From Methylocystis bryophila (GTDB lineage Bacteria > Pseudomonadota > Alphaproteobacteria > Rhizobiales > Beijerinckiaceae): a stretch of DNA of 40,000 bases. Shown piece after piece: positions 18,115 through 27,974 of the stretch. The first letter of the stretch is position 1; each line of letters starts with the position of its first letter. Below the pieces are notes generated by a model. The model was given only the letters and a program-made list of their open reading frames with translations, was not told the DNA's origin and did not search any database. The stretch covers positions 3,550,178-3,590,177 of the forward strand of contig NZ_AP027149.1 of the NCBI RefSeq assembly GCF_027925445.1, read 5' to 3'. The translations under genes were made by a program, and so were the position numbers.

Positions 18115-19890
18115 TCAGCCTCCCCTGTTTATTTGCTTCTCGCCCGCCACCGGCTTCTCAACCAGCCCGTTCTTGATCTTATCGAGGATGCGCGGCAGGT
18201 CGTCGGGCTCGGGGCCCAGATCGCGCGCGTGATTCCATTGAAACTGCGCCTCGAGCTTGCGCCCGACGCGCCAATAGGCGTCGCCGAGATGATCGTTGAC
18301 GACGGGATCGGCGGGCTTGAGATCAATGGCCCTTTCGAGCTCGCGCACCGCGTCCTCGTAGCGACCCAGGCGATAATAGGCCCAGCCGAGGCTGTCGACG
18401 ATATAGCCGTCGCGCGACTTCAGATCGACGGCGCGACGCAGCATGCGGAAGGCCTCGTCGAGATTGGCGCCCTGATCGACCCAGGAATAGCCCAGATAGT
18501 TCAATACCGAAGCCTGATCCGGATTGAGCTCCAGCGCTTTCTTCAGATCAGCCTCGGCCGCCGGCCAATTCTTGCGCCGCTCATTGGCGATCCCCCGGTA
18601 GTAGTAGAGGAGCCATTTCGCCTTCTCGGGCGTGCCGTCGATCGCCAAGGCGCGCGTGTAGCTGTCCACAGCCTGGTCATAGAGCTTGCGGGAGCGTTGC
18701 AGATTGGCGAGCGCGGTCAGCGCGTCGGCGTTTCTCGGATAGGCGTCGACGACCGCCTGCAAGTGCTCGGCGGCTTCCTTTTTCTTGCCGATCTCCTCGA
18801 GCAAAAGCGAGGCCTGCACTTCGGCGTTGACGCGCAGAGGGCTCGTCTCCGGCACCGAATCATAGAGCTGGATCGCCGACTCCTCCTGCTTCATGCGCTC
18901 GTAAATGTCGGCCAGCGTGAAGAGCGCGAGCTCGTTGCGCGGCGCGAGCGCTTGTGAAAGGCGCAGGTAGATGAGCGAGGGCAGCTCTTCGCCCGGGCGT
19001 CCGCCGCCGAGCGCGACGAGGCCATAGAGCACCTCGCCGGCGCCCTCCTCCGCGCTGCTCACGATCGGCTGAAGCTTCTTACCGGAGTCGATCTCGGCGA
19101 GCGCCGCGACGACCAGCGGATGACCCGGCACGGCCTCGTCGAAAGCCTTGTAAAGGCGGCGGGCCGCTTCATTGTCGCCCTGGCCCGAGAGGAAGCGTCC
19201 GTAGGCGTCGATCAACCGCAGCACCGTGCGGTCGGCGCTCATGACCGATTTAAAGCGTTTCTCGGCCTCGACCTTGTCACCGAAAAGATTCGCGATCAGC
19301 GCCGCATGATAGTCGCGCAGCGTCGAGAGCCCTTCGCCGCGCAACTGATCGAGCGTCTGCAGAGCGCGGCGCTCCTGCTTTTCGCCGGCGTAGGTCCAGG
19401 CGGTAAGCAGCACGTTCTTCACGTCGATCGGCGTCTCGCCGCCGTCCTTGGCGATGCCTTCTCGCGCCTTGGCCCATTTGTGCTGGAGCATGGCGTCGAC
19501 GCCGCTCGTCAGATTGGCGACCGGATTCTTGCGGTCCTGCACCAACACCTTGCCCGCGAGGTCGAAGGCCTCGGGGAAGTTGCCATTGGCCAGCGCCGCG
19601 ATCATCGCCCGTTCGGCGAGATCCTTGTTGCGCGGGTCCACGCGCAACGCCTCGCGGAAGAAGGTCGAAGCGGCGAGCGTGTCGCGCTCCTCATTGGCGA
19701 CGATCGCCGAAAGGATGTTGCCCGACGAGCTCTCGCCGACCTCGAAAGGACGCGCGACCGAGAAGCGCTCGCGCGCCTGCGCCGCAGCGGCGGCCGCGCC
19801 GCATTGAAGCACCCCAAGCGTGCAGAGAAGCTGCGCGCAGAGGAAGAGAAAGCTCGACGAGCGTCGAAGCAAGGGAGGAGAGGATCGCAC
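18115..19890 (-). CDS. Tetratricopeptide-repeat protein with N-terminal signal sequence
   Basis: 591 aa with many TPR-like A/Y/L repeats (e.g. YYYRGIANERRKNWPAAEADLKKALELNPD, LNYLGYSWVDQG, GWAYYRLGRYEDAVRELERAIDLKP). GTG start. Confidence 0.85.
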   Translation of the reverse strand: MRSSPPLLRRSSSFLFLCAQLLCTLGVLQCGAAAAAAQARERFSVARPFEVGESSSGNILSAIVANEERDTLAASTFFREALRVDPRNKDLAERAMIAALANGNFPEAFDLAGKVLVQDRKNPVANLTSGVDAMLQHKWAKAREGIAKDGGETPIDVKNVLLTAWTYAGEKQERRALQTLDQLRGEGLSTLRDYHAALIANLFGDKVEAEKRFKSVMSADRTVLRLIDAYGRFLSGQGDNEAARRLYKAFDEAVPGHPLVVAALAEIDSGKKLQPIVSSAEEGAGEVLYGLVALGGGRPGEELPSLIYLRLSQALAPRNELALFTLADIYERMKQEESAIQLYDSVPETSPLRVNAEVQASLLLEEIGKKKEAAEHLQAVVDAYPRNADALTALANLQRSRKLYDQAVDSYTRALAIDGTPEKAKWLLYYYRGIANERRKNWPAAEADLKKALELNPDQASVLNYLGYSWVDQGANLDEAFRMLRRAVDLKSRDGYIVDSLGWAYYRLGRYEDAVRELERAIDLKPADPVVNDHLGDAYWRVGRKLEAQFQWNHARDLGPEPDDLPRILDKIKNGLVEKPVAGEKQINRGG

Positions 19891-20017
19891 GTGATTGGGT
19901 TCCGGGTTCGCCGCTTCATCGAAACGAGCTTCGGCCGCGGGCCTTCGGCTTCGCCATAAGTAAAATCATGGCCGCTTTGCGCGGTCATCGCAAGCAGTAA
20001 ATGTGAAGGCGAGGTCT

Positions 20018-20046
20018 AAAAAAGGCCGCAGATCCGCTGGCGGATC
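20018..20046 (-). terminator. Weak candidate terminator downstream of sucC
   Basis: The minus strand reads gatccgccagcggatc (6-bp stem) then tgcggcc then TTTTTT. The 7-nt gap between stem and T-run weakens the call. Confidence 0.3.
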
Positions 20047-20193
20047 GTTAAAGTCGCGCTCTAGGCGAGCAGCCAGCGCACGATCTCGCCAAGGGGGGAA
20101 GGCCTGTTTTCACGCAGAGAACGGCCAGTTCTTGACGATTACGCTTGCGGCGCTCAGGCTATTTTACCCAAGCGCCGCTGGAGCTGGAGCGCG

Positions 20194-21393
<1,200 letters not shown>

Positions 21394-21726
21394 CCCTAAA
21401 CCGCTCCCTGGAAGATGAATGGCCGCGCCGCAGGCCGTCTCGCCAATGGCCACAGGAGGCCGGTGGCGTCAAGAAGACGCAAGGTCGCGCGGGGACGACG
21501 CAGATTCGAGAAGGATCAGGAGCGCCGACTTATTCCCCAAAAGGCGCCGCAAGCTTGACCGATCCGAGTCGGGACTTTGCCAAGCTCGGCCGACAGGTCA
21601 TTCGCGCTGCGGCTTAGCTTGTCAGCTGCCAGTTCGAGGCGCATGCTGCGGCTGCGCCGTTGATGTGGCGAAGAGTTTTTGAACTTTCCATTGTCGCCCG
21701 GGCGCTGCTTTCCGGAGGTGCACAAG

Positions 21727-22410
21727 ATGTTGAAGCATTCAGCGACCCAAATTGCGGCGGCCCTGCTTTTGGTCCTTACAGGCCTTTGGGCGGAACGCGC
21801 CTTGGCCATCGGCGATTTCGGACCCGACACCTGCGCGGAGGGATATGTCTGGCGCGAAGCCTGCGGGCCGAGCGATCATGTCTGCGTCACGCCGAACCTT
21901 CGCACGCAGGCGGCTCAGGACAACGCTCAAGCCGCCAGCCGGCGTCAGGCGGGCGGAGGACCGTACGGGCCAGACACTTGCATACAAGGCTTCGTGTGGC
22001 GCGAAGCTTGCGGTCCAGGCGATCATGTCTGCGTGTCGCCGGCCACGCGGTCGGAAGCCGCTGCCGACAATGGCCAGGCGCCGCATCGGCTGAAATATCC
22101 TGTCTGCCAACAGTACGCGCACGCCGCCGTCGCCGCCAATCAACAGAACCTCGCACAGCACTGCGGGTTCAGCGGTCCGCGATGGCAGAGCGACTTCCAG
22201 ACGCATTTCCAATGGTGCCTGAATGTGGCGGCCCAGCCGCCCATTGACGAAACGAATGCGCGCAACCAGCAACTCGCATCCTGCTCGCATCCGCAGACTT
22301 GCGCGCATTGCAATGACGGCAGCTGTCAGTGCGGCGGGGGCTCTCCGGACCAGCTCTGCGCCGGTCACGGCGGCAACGACCCGAGCATCGGATGTGTCCA
22401 GCAACCGTGA
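21727..22410 (+). CDS. Secreted cysteine-rich protein with tandem internal repeat
   Basis: A GGAGGTG SD lies 6 nt before ATG 21727. Signal peptide MLKHSATQIAAALLLVLTGLWAERALA. There are 16 Cys. Two 42-43-aa repeats, GPDTC.(E/Q)G(Y/F)VWREACGP.DHVCV.P..R..AA.DN.QA, are offset by 49 aa (21817..22089). Confidence 0.7.
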   Translation: MLKHSATQIAAALLLVLTGLWAERALAIGDFGPDTCAEGYVWREACGPSDHVCVTPNLRTQAAQDNAQAASRRQAGGGPYGPDTCIQGFVWREACGPGDHVCVSPATRSEAAADNGQAPHRLKYPVCQQYAHAAVAANQQNLAQHCGFSGPRWQSDFQTHFQWCLNVAAQPPIDETNARNQQLASCSHPQTCAHCNDGSCQCGGGSPDQLCAGHGGNDPSIGCVQQP

Positions 22411-22460
22411 GCTTCTGACTTGAAGCGCCTTAGGCCGCCGCGCCCGCGTGGCGGCCCGGA

Positions 22461-22575
22461 GCATGTCACGGAAAACTGCGAAGCGGTTTTCCGGTCAGGA
22501 CATGCTCGAAGTTTCTAACTTGGCGCGATTCCTTATCGCTCGAACGATTCCGTTCGAGCGGGAAACGCGCTAAGG
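22461..22575 (+). repeat. Intergenic repeat family 2, copy B (plus orientation)
   Basis: gagcatgtcacggaaaac-tgcgaagcg-gttttccggtcaggacatgctc forms a long imperfect hairpin. The core matches the reverse complement of 11033..11069. Confidence 0.6.
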
Positions 22576-23186
22576 CGAGGGCGCGAGGTCGTGGAAGCTC
22601 CCCGCAGCCGAGGAAGCCCCCTACCCCACGAGCCGCTTGCGCATATGCTTGCGACCAGAACGAGGACGAGAAGCGCCAAGGCCGGCAAGCCGGCGCCGGG
22701 AAGCGGGCCAGGGGCCGAATCCAAAACTTGCGCGATCACTGGAGCGTCGATGTTTGCGAGGAATGTGCCCGTGACGTCCCCGGTCGTAGTATTGATGGTA
22801 GAATTCGGCCCGAGATAGTCGACAGCAACTGTCGACGGCGTGCTCCCTGAAGCCTGGAGCCAATCGACAACAGCCTCGTAGCCAGTGGCATCGGTAGAAA
22901 TGAAATCAGGGCCGCCGGAAATCCCAGGACCGGACCAGGATCCGATATAGACCGAAAATCCTCCAGGAGGCGTGGCCACCGCAAAATTGGGGTTCGCAAA
23001 GGTGACGGAAGCCCCTCCGACCGGGGTAAAACCCAAGCTCGAGGAGATGACGCTGTTGGTGGCGAAATCAACCGTGAAGGAGCCGGACAAATACCCTTCG
23101 GGTGTTCCGGTGCTCGGCGGAGGTGAGGAGAGCGAGGTGACAGTATACAGCGGATCATTGTTAAAACTATAGGTTACGACGGTCAC
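22533..23186 (-). CDS. Hypothetical S/T/G/P-rich protein with a C-terminal hydrophobic anchor
   Basis: GTG start 6 nt after a GGAGGA SD, with an in-frame stop 14 codons upstream. There is no signal peptide. The C-terminal PGPLPGAGLPALALLVLVLV followed by an R-rich tail resembles PEP-CTERM/VPLPA-CTERM sorting signals. Confidence 0.55.
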   Translation of the reverse strand: MTVVTYSFNNDPLYTVTSLSSPPPSTGTPEGYLSGSFTVDFATNSVISSSLGFTPVGGASVTFANPNFAVATPPGGFSVYIGSWSGPGISGGPDFISTDATGYEAVVDWLQASGSTPSTVAVDYLGPNSTINTTTGDVTGTFLANIDAPVIAQVLDSAPGPLPGAGLPALALLVLVLVASICASGSWGRGLPRLRGASTTSRPRLSAFPARTESFER

Positions 23187-23423
23187 GACAGTTCCTCCAG
23201 CTCGATCGATGTTTGCAATGGCGCAGCGTCAGCCGTGCGTTGGGAGAATGCACGCGGAAACACCAAAGTAAATCGTTATAAAGTGGAGTTGTATGAGACA
23301 ATAAACAAATATTTCGCCTGTTGCATCGGCGCCACAGTCTCCCCCGATGAGGTACCAGAAGCCCAGGCCCGTCGGTGAGCGGCGAAGAGAAAACGAGGAG
23401 CACAGCGTCTTTCTTCCGGCCGA

Positions 23424-23438
23424 CGTTATGTTATAACG
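23424..23438. promoter_or_regulatory. Zur-box-like palindrome, cgTTATGTTATAACg
   Basis: Contains the perfect 8-bp palindrome GTTATAAC (23430..23437) within ATGTTATAAC. It lies directly upstream of a TroA-type metal ABC operon. TATAAC could double as a -10 element. Confidence 0.4.
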
Positions 23439-23443
23439 CTCGC

Positions 23444-23602
23444 ATGTCCGACCTGCCCGCGACCGCCGCCTTTAAGAAAGCTCCGTCGCCCGCCGACAGC
23501 CCGATGCGCGACGCGCTCGGCGCGTCAGCTTGGGCACGGCTCTCGCCGATCCTGGTCGCGCTCGTCGGCCTCTGGGGCCTCGTTTATTGGGCGCTGCGGT
23601 GA
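23444..23602 (+). CDS. Small (52 aa) single-pass membrane protein, translationally coupled to the ABC ATPase
   Basis: MSDLPATAAFKKAPSPADSPMRDALGASAWARLSPILVALVGLWGLVYWALR. GC3 is high and there is one TM helix. Its TGA overlaps the GTG of the next gene (GTGA). It has no SD. Confidence 0.45.
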   Translation: MSDLPATAAFKKAPSPADSPMRDALGASAWARLSPILVALVGLWGLVYWALR

Positions 23603-24357
23603 GCGCGCCCGCCGCGCCGACGATCACGCTGGAAAATCTGACGCTGGGCTATGAAGGGCGCGACGTCGTCGAGGGACTCGACGGCGCCGTCCGGCCCGGA
23701 GAGCTCTTAGCGCTCTGCGGGCCGAACGGTGGCGGCAAGTCGACGATCCTCAAAGCCATCGCCGGGCTGCTCAAGCCGCTCTCCGGACGCGTGCGCATCG
23801 CGGGCGGCTCGGCCGGGGAGATCGCCTATCTGCCGCAGAGCGCGGACATAGACGTGACCTTCCCCATTCGCGTGGGCGAATTCGTCTCGCTCGGCGCGCT
23901 GCGCCGGCGCGGCCTTTTCGCCGGCTCCAACGCCGAGGAGCGCGCACGCGTCGCCGCCGCATTAGAAGCCGTCGGCCTTTCAAGCCTGGAGCGTCGCCCG
24001 CTTGGCGCGCTTTCGGGGGGCCAGCTTCAGCGCGCGCTTTTTGCGCGACTGATCGTCGAGGATCGCGACGTGATCCTCCTCGACGAACCCTTCGGCGCGA
24101 TCGACCGGGCGACGACCGAGCATCTGCTCACGCTCGTCGAGCGCTGGCATGCGCAAGGCCGCACGGTCATCGCGGCGCTACACGAATTCGACCTCGTGCG
24201 CCGCGCCTTTCCCACGACGCTGCTCGTCGCCGGACGGCCGATCTTTTTCGGAGACACGCGCCGCGCGCTCAGCGAAGAGAATTTGGCCGCTGCGGAGCTG
24301 GCGGCGCGAAAGCGCGAAGCGGTGCGAGAATCGCGGGCGGCGCGCCATGCTGTTTGA
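23599..24357 (+). CDS. Metal (Zn/Mn) ABC transporter ATP-binding protein
   Basis: Walker A GPNGGGKST, signature LSGGQLQRALFARL, Walker B ILLDEP. GTG 23599 gives the usual short N-terminus (SAPAAPTITLENLTLGY). Confidence 0.9.
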   Translation: MSAPAAPTITLENLTLGYEGRDVVEGLDGAVRPGELLALCGPNGGGKSTILKAIAGLLKPLSGRVRIAGGSAGEIAYLPQSADIDVTFPIRVGEFVSLGALRRRGLFAGSNAEERARVAAALEAVGLSSLERRPLGALSGGQLQRALFARLIVEDRDVILLDEPFGAIDRATTEHLLTLVERWHAQGRTVIAALHEFDLVRRAFPTTLLVAGRPIFFGDTRRALSEENLAAAELAARKREAVRESRAARHAV

Positions 24358-25207
24358 CCTCCTCGTCGCACCTTTTGCGGACTATGGCTTCATGCGGCGC
24401 GCGCTCGTGGGCGGCCTCGCGCTCGCGCTGTCGGGAAGTCCGCTCGGCGTGTTTCTGGTGCTGCGGCGCATGTCTCTTGCCGGCGACGCGCTCTCACATG
24501 CGATTCTGCCCGGCGCGGCGATCGGCTATCTCCTCGCCGGCTTGTCGCTTCCGGCGATGAGCTTCGGCGGGCTCGTCGCGGGGCTCGCCGTCGCCCTGCT
24601 CTCGGGCGCAGCCGCGAGACTCTCGGCGTTGCGCGAGGATGCGTCGCTCGCCGCCTTCTACCTCGTCTCGCTCGCGCTCGGCGTCACGCTCATCTCGATC
24701 AAAGGCTCGAGCGTGGATCTGCTGCATGTGCTGTTCGGCTCGGCTCTCTCTCTCGACGATGCGGCGCTCTACCTGCTTGCCGGCGTCGCGAGCGTGACGC
24801 TCGCGCTCATCGCGGTCTTCTATCGCGCGCTCGCGCTCGACACGCTCGACCCCGTTTTTCTGCGCCGCGCCAGCCGCTGGGGCGAGTTCATCCCCTTTCT
24901 GTTTCTCGCTCTCGTCGTGCTCAATCTCGTCGCGGGCTTTCAAGCGCTCGGCACGCTGATGGCGGTCGGGCTCATGATGCTTCCCGCCGCCGTAGCGAGG
25001 CTCTTGGCCCGCGATCTCTCGACGACGCTGGCGCTCGCGGCGCTGATCGGCGCGGCCTGCGTTTATGCGGGTCTCGTATTCTCCTACCACTCCGGCGCGC
25101 CCACGGGACCGTCGATCGTGCTTTGCGCCGGTCTCGCCTATTTTGTGGCGCTCGGTCTCGCATCGCGACGCCAAATCCTGCCGAGGAGGCAGCCATGCGA
25201 AGACTAA
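24347..25207 (+). CDS. Metal ABC transporter permease (ABC-3 / ZnuB-MntB family)
   Basis: MLFDLLVAPFADYGFMRRALVGGLALALSGSPLGVFLVLRRMSLAGDALSHAILPG is the typical ABC-3 N-terminus. There are about 8 TM segments. It overlaps the ATPase by 11 nt. Confidence 0.9.
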   Translation: MLFDLLVAPFADYGFMRRALVGGLALALSGSPLGVFLVLRRMSLAGDALSHAILPGAAIGYLLAGLSLPAMSFGGLVAGLAVALLSGAAARLSALREDASLAAFYLVSLALGVTLISIKGSSVDLLHVLFGSALSLDDAALYLLAGVASVTLALIAVFYRALALDTLDPVFLRRASRWGEFIPFLFLALVVLNLVAGFQALGTLMAVGLMMLPAAVARLLARDLSTTLALAALIGAACVYAGLVFSYHSGAPTGPSIVLCAGLAYFVALGLASRRQILPRRQPCED

Positions 25208-26076
25208 AGCGAATTCTCCTGCTGCTCTGCGTCCTTGCGGCGGCGCCGGCCGCGGCGGAAACGCCGGCAGCGCCGCTGCCCGTCGTCGCGAGCTTCTCGA
25301 TCCTCGGCGACTTCGTGCGTGAGGTCGCCGGCGACGCGGCAACGGTGAGCGTGATCGTCGGGCCCGACGGCGACGCGCATGTCTATGAGCCGACCCCGGC
25401 GGACGCGAGGAAGCTCAGCGAGGCCAAGCTCGTTTTCGTTAATGGGCTCGGCTTCGAGGGCTGGCTCGACCGCCTTGTCGCCGCTTCCAACGCCAAGGCC
25501 CGCGTCGTCGTCGCGAGCGCTGGCGTCGCGCCCCGCGAGCTCGACGGCGGCGCCGATCCGCACGCCTGGCAGGATGTCGCCAACGCCCGCCGCTATGTGG
25601 AGACCATCCGCGACGCCCTCACAGCCGCGGACCCGGGGCGCAGCGCGCTCTATGAGAAGAGAGCGGCGGCCTATCTCGCGCGGTTGGAGGCGCTCGATAA
25701 GGAGATCGTCGCCGCGATCGCGGGGATACCGAGCGACCGGCGCCGCATCGTCTCGACGCATGACGCTTTCGGCTATTTCGCCGCGCGCTATGGGCTGGCG
25801 TTCATCGCGCCGCAGGGCGTCTCGACCGAAGCCGAGCCCTCGGCGCGCGACATCGCCCGCATCATCGACGCGGCGCGCCACGAGAAGGTCGCGGCGGTCT
25901 TTTTGGAGAACATCTCCGATCCGCGCCTCGCCCGGCGCCTCGCGGCGGAAAGCAGCGTGAAGCTCGGCGGCGAGCTCTATTCCGACGCGCTCTCAGGACC
26001 CCGCGGCCCGGCCGCGACCTATGTCGCGATGATGCGCCATAACGCGCAGGAGCTGACGAAGGCGCTGGGGCGCTGA
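25195..26076 (+). CDS. Periplasmic metal-binding protein (TroA/ZnuA cluster A-I substrate-binding protein)
   Basis: A GAGGAGG SD lies upstream, followed by a signal peptide. Metal-ligand regions are DAHVYEP, DPHAWQD and THDAFGYF. There is no His-rich ZnuA loop. Confidence 0.9.
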   Translation: MRRLKRILLLLCVLAAAPAAAETPAAPLPVVASFSILGDFVREVAGDAATVSVIVGPDGDAHVYEPTPADARKLSEAKLVFVNGLGFEGWLDRLVAASNAKARVVVASAGVAPRELDGGADPHAWQDVANARRYVETIRDALTAADPGRSALYEKRAAAYLARLEALDKEIVAAIAGIPSDRRRIVSTHDAFGYFAARYGLAFIAPQGVSTEAEPSARDIARIIDAARHEKVAAVFLENISDPRLARRLAAESSVKLGGELYSDALSGPRGPAATYVAMMRHNAQELTKALGR

Positions 26077-26104
26077 GAGAGGGAGTAGAAGCCCCCTCCC
26101 CGAC

Positions 26105-26128
26105 CCCTCCCCCGCACGCGGGAGAGGG
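26105..26128 (+). repeat. GC-rich palindromic repeat, copy g (asymmetric subtype)
   Basis: Sequence is ccctcccccgc-ac-gcgggagaggg. It lies between convergent genes. Confidence 0.85.
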
Positions 26129-26143
26129 AGAAGACTCGGCGGC

Positions 26144-26593
26144 TCACCCTGACAGCGCCGCCTTCACCGCCGCGCTCGCCTTGGAAAAATCCATGCGGCC
26201 GGCGTGCTTTTCCTTGAGCGCGGCCACGACCTTGCCCATATCCTTGATGGAGCTGGCGCCGACCTCTGCGATCGCCGCTTTGATCGCCTCCGCCGCCTCG
26301 GCCTCGCTGAGCTGCTGAGGCAGATAGCTCATGATCACCGCGATCTCGCTCTTTTCTTTCGCGGCGAGATCGGGACGGTTGTTCTTCTCGTAAATATCGA
26401 GCGATTCCTGACGGCTCTTGATCATCTTCTGCAGCACGGCGAGCACATCGGCGTTGGCGACCGTCCCGCCGGCAACCCGCGCCTCAATGTCCTTGTCCTT
26501 CAACGCGGCGTTGATGAGCCGCAGCGCGTCGACCTTCTCGCGCTCGCCCGCCTTCATGGCGACTTTCATGTCCTCTTTCAGTTTTTCGCGCAT
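26144..26593 (-). CDS. GatB/YqeY domain protein
   Basis: 149 aa. MREKLKEDMKVAMKAGEREKVDALRLINAALKDKDIE ... YLPQQLSEAEAAEAIKAAIAEVGASSIKDMGKVVAALK is the typical YqeY pattern. Confidence 0.9.
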   Translation of the reverse strand: MREKLKEDMKVAMKAGEREKVDALRLINAALKDKDIEARVAGGTVANADVLAVLQKMIKSRQESLDIYEKNNRPDLAAKEKSEIAVIMSYLPQQLSEAEAAEAIKAAIAEVGASSIKDMGKVVAALKEKHAGRMDFSKASAAVKAALSG

Positions 26594-26678
26594 GGCCTTT
26601 CCCCTTGACAGCCGTTTATATAAGACCGGGGGCGAAGCCCTCGCCGGGACGGACGACGGGCATAGAGCGGGCGCGAGC

Positions 26679-27869
26679 GTGGATCAAGGAAAAGAACAGG
26701 GCTGGACCAAACCGGTGAAGACGGGCGTGCTGGTGCTGGCTTCGGGCGAGGTTCTCGAAGGCTTTGGCGTCGGCGCCGAGGGAGAGGCCGTCGGCGAGGT
26801 CTGCTTCAATACGGCGATGACCGGCTATCAGGAGATTTTGACCGATCCTTCCTACGCCGGGCAGATCATCACTTTCACCTTTCCGCATATTGGCAATGTC
26901 GGCGCGAATGACGAGGACGTCGAGACCGTCGATTTTTCGCGCAGCGCCGGCGCCCTCGGCGCGATCTTCGGCCTGAAGCCGACAGAGCCCTCAAGCCATC
27001 GCGCGCAAACGCCGCTGGCCGACTGGCTCTCTTCGCGCGGGATCATCGGCCTGTATGGGATCGACACGCGCGCGCTGACCGCCTTCATCCGGGACCGGGG
27101 CATGCCGAACGCCGTCATCGCGCATGCGCCGGACGGGCGCTTCGACCTCGAGCGGCTACGCGCCAAGGCTGCCGCCTGGCACGGCATTGACGGCACAGAC
27201 CTCGTGCCTTCGGTCGGCGCCAAGGAGCGTTTCGACTGGAAGGAGACGAGCTGGAAGCTCGGCTCAGGCTATGGCGTGCGCGACGGAGAGCCGAAACTGC
27301 GCGTCGTCGCGATCGACTATGGCGTCAAACGCAACATCCTGCGGCTGTTGGCCGAGGCCGGCTGCGAGGTGATCGTGGCCCCGGCCACGGCGCCCGCTTC
27401 CGAGATTCTCGCCTACCACCCCGACGGCGTCTTTTTGTCGAATGGCCCGGGCGACCCGGCCGAAACAGGCAAATACGCCGTGCCGGTCATCAAGGCGCTG
27501 CTCGAGAAGAAGGTGCCGACCTTCGGCATATGCCTCGGTCATCAGATGATGGCGCTCGCGGTCGGCGCGAAGACAAGGAAAATGCCGCAGGGCCATCACG
27601 GCGCCAATCATCCGGTCAAGGATTTCACGACCGGCAAGGTCGAGATCGTCTCGATGAACCACGGCTTCGCCGTCGATCGCGACACGCTGCCGGCCAACGC
27701 CACGGAGACGCATCGCTCGCTCTTCGACGGCTCCAATTGCGGCATCGCGCTCACAGACCGTCCGGCCTTCTCGGTGCAGCACCACCCCGAAGCCTCGCCC
27801 GGCCCGCAGGACAGCCATTACCTCTTCCAGCGCTTCGTCGAGATGATGGAGAAGTCGAAGGTGGCGTGA
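26679..27869 (+). CDS. carA: Carbamoyl-phosphate synthase small (glutamine amidotransferase) subunit
   Basis: Contains EVCFNTAMTGYQEILTDPSYAGQIITFTFPHIGNVG, GICLGHQ (catalytic Cys) and VQHHPEASPGP. The start is uncertain: GTG 26679 gives 396 aa, GTG 26715 is the alternative. The track ORF start at 26418 overlaps yqeY. Confidence 0.93.
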   Translation: MDQGKEQGWTKPVKTGVLVLASGEVLEGFGVGAEGEAVGEVCFNTAMTGYQEILTDPSYAGQIITFTFPHIGNVGANDEDVETVDFSRSAGALGAIFGLKPTEPSSHRAQTPLADWLSSRGIIGLYGIDTRALTAFIRDRGMPNAVIAHAPDGRFDLERLRAKAAAWHGIDGTDLVPSVGAKERFDWKETSWKLGSGYGVRDGEPKLRVVAIDYGVKRNILRLLAEAGCEVIVAPATAPASEILAYHPDGVFLSNGPGDPAETGKYAVPVIKALLEKKVPTFGICLGHQMMALAVGAKTRKMPQGHHGANHPVKDFTTGKVEIVSMNHGFAVDRDTLPANATETHRSLFDGSNCGIALTDRPAFSVQHHPEASPGPQDSHYLFQRFVEMMEKSKVA

Positions 27870-27877
27870 GCAGTGGA

Positions 27878-27930
27878 GCCCCCTCCGGCTCGCTCCGCTC
27901 GCCACCTCCCCCGCTCCGCGGGAGAGGGGA
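27878..27930 (+). repeat. Composite repeat, left copy: leader + GC-rich palindrome copy h
   Basis: gccccctccggctcgctccgctcgccacctcccccgc-tcc-gcgggagagggga. It is nearly identical to 28416..28468. Confidence 0.85.
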
Positions 27931-27974
27931 CGCTCACCATCAGCCTATCGCAAATCATAAGGGCCGAATCTGCC

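Noticed and set aside
26594-26678. Sigma-70 promoter from TTGACA (26605..26610) in the yqeY/carA divergent region
   Set aside because: The AT-rich tttatataag follows after only ~8 nt. At the required 16-18-nt spacing the sequence is GGGGG, so the hexamers do not form a canonical promoter.
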